This document shows positions 18,815-28,320 of a stretch of DNA of 64,000 nucleotides, one piece after another. This DNA is from SAR324 cluster bacterium (lineage in GTDB: Bacteria; SAR324; XYD2-FULL-50-16; JAERRU01): contig JAERRU010000003.1 in the NCBI GenBank assembly GCA_016735295.1, forward strand, positions 742 to 64,741, written 5' to 3'. The translations under genes were made by a program, and so were the position numbers. Within the stretch, counting starts at the first letter, position 1. Every line of letters starts with the position of its first letter. A model generated the notes under the pieces. The model worked only from the letters and a program-made list of their open reading frames with translations. It ran no database searches and was not told the origin of the DNA.

Positions 18815-19714
18815 ATGAAAAAAAATATGCCTCATCTATTCTTAAGATCTGCTATCAATACCATCAGCTGTGCTATCAGCTGTGCCTTGGTTTTGGCTAT
18901 GTTTAGTGCTGGCACTGCCTACGCAAATAATGATTGGCTTGATATGTCTATCTCCATAATAGATAAAGCCCCTCACGTTAAAAAATTATCCACTAACGAA
19001 GCTATCAGTTTAGATGATTATCCTTACTATAGGCACAATTTAACCCTTGCCGATAGTAGATATATGAATGATTGGCATATGGATATTGGTATAGAAAATT
19101 GGTCATTTTGGGGATTATCGGGTGGTTATTATATTAATCAATCATTATATATGGGGATGGGAGTTTATTCGCTAAATTTTATCAGAATATTTAGCAATAA
19201 AGACAAAAATATAAGATTATCAACTAAGATAACCTCCCTTGATCCTAATTATGATTATCAGATAGAGTTAAAACCGAAGAATGATTTTTTATATTATCAT
19301 CTTTTTTTGAGATTTTTTCCGTTAGAAAATAGTGGTTTTTTCACTCAAATAGGCCTTAATTATAACCAGTGGGATTTAACTACCCCTATCACACTTCAAC
19401 CAGAAGGAGCTAACCAAGCTCAGAGCACTCCGCCAAACCAAGTAGGCACGGCAGTAATAGCCACCAATAAACCAGATTTAACCGCTAGGATTGGCTGGTC
19501 TTGGATTAGTAGTTATGGTTTTTCTAGTACTATTGGATTAGGTAAAATTTTGCAAAGCAATTCTACCATAACAATAAATAGCTCTCAAAATAGTGTGGGC
19601 GGTGATTTGTTGTCGATTGATGAAAGAAATAATATCTCCAGTAAAATATCAAGCGACCTGCTCGCTTTTAATATGGATTTGATAATATTTTTATCTTTTG
19701 GTATAGGTTTATAG
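18815..19714 (+). CDS. Hypothetical secreted protein, possibly outer-membrane
   Basis: Signal peptide ..CALVLAMFSAGTAYA; aromatic/Gly-rich strands; no recognised family. Start at the ATG at 18815 (track: GTG at 18806). Confidence 0.5.
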   Translation: MKKNMPHLFLRSAINTISCAISCALVLAMFSAGTAYANNDWLDMSISIIDKAPHVKKLSTNEAISLDDYPYYRHNLTLADSRYMNDWHMDIGIENWSFWGLSGGYYINQSLYMGMGVYSLNFIRIFSNKDKNIRLSTKITSLDPNYDYQIELKPKNDFLYYHLFLRFFPLENSGFFTQIGLNYNQWDLTTPITLQPEGANQAQSTPPNQVGTAVIATNKPDLTARIGWSWISSYGFSSTIGLGKILQSNSTITINSSQNSVGGDLLSIDERNNISSKISSDLLAFNMDLIIFLSFGIGL

Positions 19715-19759
19715 TAACTAGAGTATTTAACGACTGATAATCCATTACAACTTAAGTAA

Positions 19760-21064
<1,305 letters not shown>

Positions 21065-21098
21065 TCTTTTTTTTAAAAATAGCAGGGTAATCTGGTTG

Positions 21099-21413
21099 AT
21101 GGATAATTTTTTTAGCAACTGGCGATTTATTTTTTCTGAAGTTAGCGTTAGTTTTTTAATAAAGATAATAATTCTTTATTTCACGTTTATTTTTTTATTT
21201 GGCGATAGAGGATTATTGCATTTAGCCATTTCTTATCAAAAATTTCAAAAGTTAGCCGAAGAAGTGGCTACCTTGAATAAAGAAAAGGATGAATTATCTT
21301 CTATCACTAGATTAAGCAAGGAAAAAACTAAGATTGAAGTAATCGCTAAGGAAAAGCTAGGCTTAATTTATCCCCATGAAAGGGTTATTTTCATCACCAA
21401 AAATGCTAAATAA
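21099..21413 (+). CDS. ftsB: Septum formation initiator FtsB/DivIC family
   Basis: One TM segment plus coiled coil, and EVIAKEKLGLIYPHERVIF; eno-ftsB synteny is common in proteobacteria. Confidence 0.7.
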   Translation: MDNFFSNWRFIFSEVSVSFLIKIIILYFTFIFLFGDRGLLHLAISYQKFQKLAEEVATLNKEKDELSSITRLSKEKTKIEVIAKEKLGLIYPHERVIFITKNAK

Positions 21414-21428
21414 TTAATAGCTAGCGAG

Positions 21429-22529
21429 ATGAAATTAAAAAAACTCACTGCTCTAATTGAACATCAATTACCTTTAGATTGGCAAGAAAGTTATGATAAT
21501 TCTGGCTTGCTGTTAGGCAATAATGACCAAGAAATAAAAAAGGTATTATGTGCTTTAGACTGCACTTTGGCAGTGGTGCAAGAGGCGATTAATGGAAAAT
21601 TTGATTTAATTATCTGCCACCATCCTTTAATATTTAAGCCTATTCCCAATTTAGTTACTTCTAATTATAGCACCCCTTTGCTGAAATTAATCAAAGCAGA
21701 TATTGCTTTATATGCGGCTCACACTAATTTAGATAATGCCCTAGGAGGCATAAATTCTATGGTCTCGGAAAAGCTAGGTCTTAGTAATGCAAAAATTTTG
21801 ATACCCACTAAAAATAATCTTAGTAAACTAGTTACTTTTGTGCCTGAATCTCATTTGGAAAAGGTTAAAAGTAGTTTAGCTAACGCAGGGGCTGGGCAGA
21901 TAGGCGAATATAGCGAATGTAGCTTTTTTCATAAAGGAACGGGATCTTTTTTATCAGGTGCTAAAGCTAATCCATTTTTAGGTGAGGCGGGTAAAAAAAC
22001 AAAGATTGATGAATTTAAGCTAGAGATGATTTTTGCAAATGAAAAAATTAAATCTATCATGATCGCTTTAAAAAATAGTCATCCTTATCAAGAGCCGGCT
22101 TATGATATTTTTAATTTGGCAAATCATAATCACCAAGTGGGTAGCGGGATTATCGGTGAGTTACCTTGCCCGATTAGTAAAAATGAGTTTTTAGCGATGG
22201 TTAAAGATAAATTATCTCTGGAAGTAATTAAATATAGCTCGACATTTGCTAATACTAACAACATCAAAAAGGTTGGCTTGGTGTTAGGAGCGGGCTCATT
22301 TGCTATTAAAGCTGCTCAGCAAGAGCAGGCACAAGCCTTTATCACTTCTGAGGTGAAGCATCATGAGTTTTTGGGGGCTCCGGATAACCTGCTACTTTGT
22401 GATATAGGCCACTATGAGAGTGAGAGCATTGCTACTCAATTTTTTAAAAAATTTTTAGCTACCTTGCCCACTAATTTAAAAATTGATATTACTAAACAAG
22501 AAAAAAACCCTACTAATTATTTTTATTAG
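21429..22529 (+). CDS. Nif3-like dinuclear metal-centre protein (YbgI/YqfO family)
   Basis: 366-aa ORF; ICHHPLIF, LYAAHTNLD, C-terminal GHYESE. Confidence 0.85.
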   Translation: MKLKKLTALIEHQLPLDWQESYDNSGLLLGNNDQEIKKVLCALDCTLAVVQEAINGKFDLIICHHPLIFKPIPNLVTSNYSTPLLKLIKADIALYAAHTNLDNALGGINSMVSEKLGLSNAKILIPTKNNLSKLVTFVPESHLEKVKSSLANAGAGQIGEYSECSFFHKGTGSFLSGAKANPFLGEAGKKTKIDEFKLEMIFANEKIKSIMIALKNSHPYQEPAYDIFNLANHNHQVGSGIIGELPCPISKNEFLAMVKDKLSLEVIKYSSTFANTNNIKKVGLVLGAGSFAIKAAQQEQAQAFITSEVKHHEFLGAPDNLLLCDIGHYESESIATQFFKKFLATLPTNLKIDITKQEKNPTNYFY

Positions 22530-22534
22530 CTGCC

Positions 22535-23068
22535 ATGAAAGGAAAAAAATATGCAAATTATATAGATACCTATCCCGATTTTCCTATTCCTAATGTATTT
22601 TTTCGAGATATTTTCCCTTTGATTGCTGAAGTTAGCGTATTCAAAGAAATGATTGAAAAGCTAGCCGATAAATCAAAATCATTATCTCCCGATAAAATTT
22701 TATCTGTCGAGGCTCGTGGGTTCATAATAGGAACGGCTTTATCTTTGGAAATGGGAATTAGCATGTTGCCTGCTCGTAAAAAGGGCAAGCTACCAGGAGA
22801 AAAGGTGAGCTATGAATATAAATTAGAATATGGCACTAGCACTTTACAGATAATGAGAAATGCCATTAAACCAGGTGAAAGAGTGTTATTGGCCGACGAT
22901 GTGTTAGCCACTGGTGGAACAACTCACGCAGCGATTAGGTTAATCAAGGCTGCGGGTGGGGTGCCAGTTGGGCTGGCTTCATTAATTGAGCTTACCTTTT
23001 TAAAGGGGAGAAAATTAATTGAAGATAAAACTTTCCAAGTAATTAGTTTAGTTGAATATGATGAATAA
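22535..23068 (+). CDS. apt: Adenine phosphoribosyltransferase
   Basis: 177-aa ORF; PRPP-binding VLLADDVLATGGT; FPIPNVFFRDI. Confidence 0.9.
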   Translation: MKGKKYANYIDTYPDFPIPNVFFRDIFPLIAEVSVFKEMIEKLADKSKSLSPDKILSVEARGFIIGTALSLEMGISMLPARKKGKLPGEKVSYEYKLEYGTSTLQIMRNAIKPGERVLLADDVLATGGTTHAAIRLIKAAGGVPVGLASLIELTFLKGRKLIEDKTFQVISLVEYDE

Positions 23069-23086
23069 CCAACCATATTTTTCGGT

Positions 23087-23506
23087 GTGGCTCTAAATAA
23101 AATATTAATAGCTGTTTCCTTAGCTTGCTATTTAACGGCTATTTTAATTTTTATTAGTAAGCTAGCATTTTTAGATTTTTTTTTGGGGGGTTACCCAGCA
23201 TTATTTTTATTTTGGATACACATTTCGATTGGATTTTTATGGGTAGGATTAATGATAATTTTTATTAGTGAACATATAATTGTTAAAAAAAGATTTTTAA
23301 AAACGCTTAATCGGCAATCTTTTAGCGGAATATTACAAGTAATTACTGTTTTAATTATCTCCTTGAGTGGTATTTTACTTTTTTTATACTACACAAATGA
23401 AACTTTTCTTTTACTAAATATCCACCGTTATAGCAGTATATGGTTAATTTTAGGCACTGTGGTGCATGTTCCCAAATTAAGGAATATTAAATTTTTTAAT
23501 CATTAA
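23087..23506 (+). CDS. Hypothetical integral membrane protein (about 4 TM)
   Basis: 139-aa ORF with a GTG start; hydrophobic helices; no recognised motif. Confidence 0.45.
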   Translation: MALNKILIAVSLACYLTAILIFISKLAFLDFFLGGYPALFLFWIHISIGFLWVGLMIIFISEHIIVKKRFLKTLNRQSFSGILQVITVLIISLSGILLFLYYTNETFLLLNIHRYSSIWLILGTVVHVPKLRNIKFFNH

Positions 23507-23551
23507 TTTTAATATCTAAATAAATATTATCCATTTAAAAAATAGCGACTA

Positions 23552-24517
23552 TTGGTAAAAATATATATATCCAACGCTCATTATGGCTCAACTGATGGCA
23601 GTGTAAAAACTCGATTAATAGAAAAAGGTTGGTTAGTTTTTCCCAATCCTTATCACAGGTTGCTAAGTGAGCAAGAATTAGCCAATTGGGCAAAAGATGC
23701 TACCGCTATCATCACGGCGACTGAGCCACTTACCCAGCTAGTGCAGCAATCAAATACACTAAAGCTAATCGTTAAAATCGGGGTGGGGGTAGATAATATC
23801 CCTTTTGAGCTTTGCCGAGAAAAAAAAATTGCCATCGCCTATACCCCAGACGCAGTGACTAATGCTGCCGCTGAATTGGCTATTACTGAAATATTATGCT
23901 TATTAAGAAATATCCCTCAAGCTAATCATAATATGCATAGCGGGGGCTGGCAAAGGCTGCTTGGTAGGGAAATAAATGAGGTAGTGATAGGTATTATCGG
24001 TTGGGGAAGGATTGGCCAGCGAGTAACTAAGTTGTTACATGCTTTTCAACCTAAAAAAATTATTATTAATGATATTATTAATCACCAAGCAAAAATTAAG
24101 CATTGGCAAGATAGCGGGCTTAATATTATTCAAACCAAATTAGATGAATTATTAACTAAGAGTGATATAATCACCTTGCATGCTGATTTAAATCCTAGTT
24201 CACTTTATTTAATCAATAAAAAAACTTTATCTTTGATGAAAAAAAGTGCCCTGCTTGTTAATATGGCTAGAGGGAAATTGGTTAACGAAAAACATTTAGT
24301 AGACGCCTTGTCACACAAAAAAATAGCGGGCATTGCCCTTGATGTTTTTGAGAAAGAACCCTATTTAGGGAAATTTAAAAAATTTCCTCAAGCATTATTA
24401 ACTAGCCATATGGGTTCTTTTACCAAGCGAGCACGTTATTTAATGGATCAGGAGGCTACTATTGAGGTAATAAATTTTTTCACTAACCAGCCTTTGGTTA
24501 ATCCAATAGATAAATAA
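23552..24517 (+). CDS. D-isomer-specific 2-hydroxyacid dehydrogenase family protein
   Basis: 321-aa ORF, TTG start; NAD fold GIIGWGRIGQRV, NMARGKLV, LDVFEKEP, catalytic SHMG. Confidence 0.8.
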   Translation: MVKIYISNAHYGSTDGSVKTRLIEKGWLVFPNPYHRLLSEQELANWAKDATAIITATEPLTQLVQQSNTLKLIVKIGVGVDNIPFELCREKKIAIAYTPDAVTNAAAELAITEILCLLRNIPQANHNMHSGGWQRLLGREINEVVIGIIGWGRIGQRVTKLLHAFQPKKIIINDIINHQAKIKHWQDSGLNIIQTKLDELLTKSDIITLHADLNPSSLYLINKKTLSLMKKSALLVNMARGKLVNEKHLVDALSHKKIAGIALDVFEKEPYLGKFKKFPQALLTSHMGSFTKRARYLMDQEATIEVINFFTNQPLVNPIDK

Positions 24518-24571
24518 TCTTCCTATCGTGTCATTATTAGCACTTTTTACCTAGTTTGATTGTTTTTTTAG

Positions 24572-25465
24572 ATGAAAAATACAGATAAAAATTTTTTAAA
24601 AGAGCGAACTTTGATTGATGATTATCTAAAAAATAATCTCCCTACTACAACTAAATATGGGCAAAGTCTTTTAGATAGCATGAAATATTCTTTATTGAGT
24701 AATGGCAAAAGAATTAGACCTATATTGTTTTTACGAGTTGTGCGAGCGGCAAATATTGATCAAGAAAAGTTTTTAAGTTTTGCTGGTGCTATTGAAGCTA
24801 TGCATTGCTACACTTTAATACATGATGATTTACCTTTGATTGATGATGATGATCTTAGGCGGGGAAAACCAACTAACCATAAATTATTTGGTGACGCCAC
24901 TGCTTTATTGGCGGGGGACGCACTACTTAGTTTATGTTTTGAATTTGCGGCTCAGCCTTTGCCTATTGAGCCTAAATTGCAACTAATGATGATCAAAAAA
25001 TTAGCATGCTTAGGGGGCAGTAAAGGTTTGGTTGTGGGGCAGCAAGTGGACATAGAGGCAGAAAAAATGACTAATCAGGCTACTAATAGTGATATTTTAG
25101 AATTTATCCATCATCATAAAACAGGTGCTTTAATATTAGCGAGCATAGAAACAGCGGCTATCGCCACTAAAGTTTCCGCCAAAACCAGTCAAATTTTAAA
25201 TAATTTAGCTTATTATCTGGGGCTTCATTTTCAAATCACTGATGATATATTAGAATTTATTAGTAGCGAAGATATTATTGGGAAAGATACTTTTTCTGAT
25301 AGAAAAAATAGTAAGTTAACTTATCCTAAACTATATGGTATAGATTTAGCTAAAAAAAAGTCGCAAAATTGTTTTAATAAGATTATAAAATTATTTAATA
25401 GCTTACCCGCACAATATCATGATTTACTTGATATCATCAATTATATGTCTAACCGGCAAAGATAG
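24572..25465 (+). CDS. ispA: Polyprenyl (farnesyl/geranylgeranyl) diphosphate synthase
   Basis: 297-aa ORF; first DDxxD region LIHDDLPLIDDDDLRRGKPT and second FQITDDILE. Confidence 0.85.
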   Translation: MKNTDKNFLKERTLIDDYLKNNLPTTTKYGQSLLDSMKYSLLSNGKRIRPILFLRVVRAANIDQEKFLSFAGAIEAMHCYTLIHDDLPLIDDDDLRRGKPTNHKLFGDATALLAGDALLSLCFEFAAQPLPIEPKLQLMMIKKLACLGGSKGLVVGQQVDIEAEKMTNQATNSDILEFIHHHKTGALILASIETAAIATKVSAKTSQILNNLAYYLGLHFQITDDILEFISSEDIIGKDTFSDRKNSKLTYPKLYGIDLAKKKSQNCFNKIIKLFNSLPAQYHDLLDIINYMSNRQR

Positions 25466-25472
25466 CTAAACT

Positions 25473-26681
25473 ATGCAAATTAGGAGCTGGTCGCGAACTT
25501 TTTTTATATTAATCCTTTTTAGCACATCGGCGGTGGCTTCTTTGTTTATGATTTTTGAAGCGGCTGAATTTTATGCCCGCTTTTATCCTGGCGATAATGG
25601 TTACCGCTTTGGGTTGATTGCCGCCTTATTAAATGAGGCATTTTTGGTGATAATGGCCGCGGTGTGGCTGCCTTCGGTTAATTTTGGAGGATTTAAGCTA
25701 TGGCATCCAGGGAATGTCTTTATTAAATCTTTGATGGTGATTTTATTTTTTAATACGGTAGGAGGGGCAACATTTAATGTGATTGAAGCTAAGCTAGGCG
25801 AGCTGCAACAACAAAAAAATCATATTGCTATTTTAAAAATTAGAGAAGAACAACTTATTAATACCAAAAAAAAACTCAATACTTTTATCAAACAAAATCA
25901 AAGAATCAACACCGCAATAGCGGCTAAAGAGCTCACCAGCGTGCAAGCAGAGTTGGTTAAACTAAGAGAGTCGTCACAATCTAGTTTAACTCTATGGGTC
26001 GACATTATAATGCTGACTTTTTTGAGATTTTCCATCCAACTATCTAATATAACCTCAGTTTGGATTGGTAGCTGGCTATATAGGCAACCTAACAAATCCA
26101 CCCCTAACGTGCTTGATGGTTTAATGGGCGATGTTAAAGGGCTGGGCATTGAATTAAAACAAAATAAACAAAGCGTCCTTGCCCAATCCCTTATTAGTGA
26201 GAAAAAGCCTTCTCTCCCCAAAAATATTACCGTTCCCAAAGCTGCACCCTTGGTTAGTATTGAGGAAAATCCTCCTGTTATTTCAGATAATGGGCTAAAT
26301 AGGCGTGCTAGAATTTCTTCTGGGAATTCTAATAATAATAATAATAATAAACAAAAATTGGCTGATTTAATAAATGTTAAAGAGCCAAATATTTCACCAA
26401 AAATAACAACCCCCAAAATAACAGTATTGCCCGCTGATAATGAGCTAGCGGCGGACTTGGCATATCAGGCAAATGAATTGAAATTTAGTATAAATGATTT
26501 TTTATCAGAATTATCTCCCGATCAAAGTATCGAAAGCCTTTGTAGGAAACTAGGCATTGATCACTTTGAATTTAATCAATTACAACAAAAAAATGGCCCT
26601 TGGTTACCCGAAAATATAAAAAAACTCACCGAAATTAAATTAAAAATAGAAAAAGCGTTCCATTGTGATAGAAATATATAA
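25473..26681 (+). CDS. Hypothetical membrane protein with a central coiled coil and a disordered Asn-rich linker
   Basis: 402-aa ORF; N-terminal TM helices, QQQKNHIAILKIREEQL.. coiled coil, further TM, SGNSNNNNNNKQK. Tightly packed between ispA (7 nt) and gcvT (22 nt). Confidence 0.55.
   Translation: MQIRSWSRTFFILILFSTSAVASLFMIFEAAEFYARFYPGDNGYRFGLIAALLNEAFLVIMAAVWLPSVNFGGFKLWHPGNVFIKSLMVILFFNTVGGATFNVIEAKLGELQQQKNHIAILKIREEQLINTKKKLNTFIKQNQRINTAIAAKELTSVQAELVKLRESSQSSLTLWVDIIMLTFLRFSIQLSNITSVWIGSWLYRQPNKSTPNVLDGLMGDVKGLGIELKQNKQSVLAQSLISEKKPSLPKNITVPKAAPLVSIEENPPVISDNGLNRRARISSGNSNNNNNNKQKLADLINVKEPNISPKITTPKITVLPADNELAADLAYQANELKFSINDFLSELSPDQSIESLCRKLGIDHFEFNQLQQKNGPWLPENIKKLTEIKLKIEKAFHCDRNI
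26331..26348 (+). repeat. (AAT)6 trinucleotide tract inside the 402-aa ORF
   Basis: Read directly; encodes N6. Confidence 0.9.
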
Positions 26682-26703
26682 ATTAAATTTTACCTAAGAA
26701 AAT

Positions 26704-27822
26704 ATGTCAAATAATTTAAAAACCGCTATCTATGACGATCATATAAAATTAGGGGCTAAAATGGTTAATTTCCATAATTGGCAAATGCCCCTTTATTATA
26801 ATAGCATAATCAAAGAGCATCTTAATGTTCGTCAACATCTTGGGTTGTTTGATGTGAGCCATATGGGTAAATTTTTAGTGACTGGCAAAGAAGGAGAGGA
26901 TTTTTTATATTGGCTAACCAGTAATAATATTAAGAAATTAGCCCCTAATAAGGCTCAATATACCTTACTTTTAAACGAACAAGGCACAATTTTAGATGAT
27001 TTAACTATTTTACGTATAGAACCTAACCGATTTATATTAATCGTAAATGCCGCCAACTTAGCAACAGACTTAGCCCATATACAAAAACAAGCAGATAAAT
27101 ATCAGGTTAAATTAGAAAATATATCAGATAATTTTTCCCTCATCGCCTTACAAGGCAAGCAATCGCTGGATTTATTGCAAAAATTTGTTGACGATGATCT
27201 ATCCAAAATGCCCTATTATAGTGTAATAACAGCAAAATCAAAGTTTAATACTTTAACTATTAGCCGGCTAGGATATACTGGAGAAGATGGTTTTGAGATA
27301 ATGGTAGAAAACCAGCAAGCCAGCCTAATTTGGCGAGAGCTATTAACCGAAGGAGAAAAATATGCTATTGCCCCAGTGGGATTAGCGGCTCGTGATACTT
27401 TACGCTTAGAGATGGGCTATCTACTTTATGGGCAAGATATTGATATTACTAATAATCCTTTTTCGGCTAACCTTAGGTGGGTCACCAAAATGGATAAAGA
27501 GGATTTTTTGGGCAAAGAATCACTATCAAAAAATGATAGCTTTGCTAAAAAATTGGTAGGCCTAATTTGTTTAGATAAAGGCATTCCTAGGACTAACTAT
27601 AATGTATATGATAGTATAGGAAAAGATATTATCGGCAAGGTAACTAGTGGCAATATATCACCTATTTTGAATAAGGGCATTGCTTTAGCTTATATTAATG
27701 TAGATCTAGCTAAGTTAGGTGATGAAGTTAAACTTGATTTAAGAGGTAAGTTGGTAAACGCTAAAATTGTTCGCCCTCCTTTTTTACAAATTGATAAACC
27801 ACTTTTAAGAAAATTATCATAA
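26704..27822 (+). CDS. gcvT: Glycine cleavage system T protein (aminomethyltransferase)
   Basis: 372-aa ORF; LFDVSHMGKF, GYTGEDGFEI; gcvT-H-P order. Confidence 0.93.
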   Translation: MSNNLKTAIYDDHIKLGAKMVNFHNWQMPLYYNSIIKEHLNVRQHLGLFDVSHMGKFLVTGKEGEDFLYWLTSNNIKKLAPNKAQYTLLLNEQGTILDDLTILRIEPNRFILIVNAANLATDLAHIQKQADKYQVKLENISDNFSLIALQGKQSLDLLQKFVDDDLSKMPYYSVITAKSKFNTLTISRLGYTGEDGFEIMVENQQASLIWRELLTEGEKYAIAPVGLAARDTLRLEMGYLLYGQDIDITNNPFSANLRWVTKMDKEDFLGKESLSKNDSFAKKLVGLICLDKGIPRTNYNVYDSIGKDIIGKVTSGNISPILNKGIALAYINVDLAKLGDEVKLDLRGKLVNAKIVRPPFLQIDKPLLRKLS

Positions 27823-27853
27823 AAAATAAATTAACTATTACATAAAAATAATT

Positions 27854-28252
27854 ATGAAAAAAAATTCAAGCTCTCCAATAAAATTTGCTAAATCCCATGA
27901 GTGGGTTCTAATAACTAAAAATCAAGCTTTAATCGGGATAAGTGACCACGCTCAAAACCTGTTAGGTGACGTAGTTTTTGTTGATTTACCCCCCATTGGT
28001 AAAGAGCTAAATAAAGGGGATATTATAGGAAATATTGAATCGGTGAAAACTGTGTCTGATATATTTTCTCCCATTAGCGGCAAGGTAAGCGAAGTTAATG
28101 GAAATTTAACCAATGAGCCAGAGCTAGTAAATAGCGACCCTTATGAAAAGGGCTGGTTAGTTAAAATTGAAATTGATGATGCTAATTCAGCTGAGTTGAG
28201 TGGACTTATGGGGCAAGATGATTATAAAAAATACGCTAATGAGTCGAGTTAA
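27854..28252 (+). CDS. gcvH: Glycine cleavage system H protein
   Basis: 132-aa ORF; lipoyl-lysine motif ESVKTVSDI; GWL.KI. Confidence 0.93.
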   Translation: MKKNSSSPIKFAKSHEWVLITKNQALIGISDHAQNLLGDVVFVDLPPIGKELNKGDIIGNIESVKTVSDIFSPISGKVSEVNGNLTNEPELVNSDPYEKGWLVKIEIDDANSAELSGLMGQDDYKKYANESS

Positions 28253-28320
28253 AATATTTTACTATCATCATAATTAAAATTAATAATATTAACCATATTA
28301 ACCATCTACCCATATAAACA

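Noticed and set aside
26682-26703. Glycine riboswitch upstream of gcvT
   Set aside because: Only 22 nt of intergenic sequence is available, which is not enough for the aptamer.
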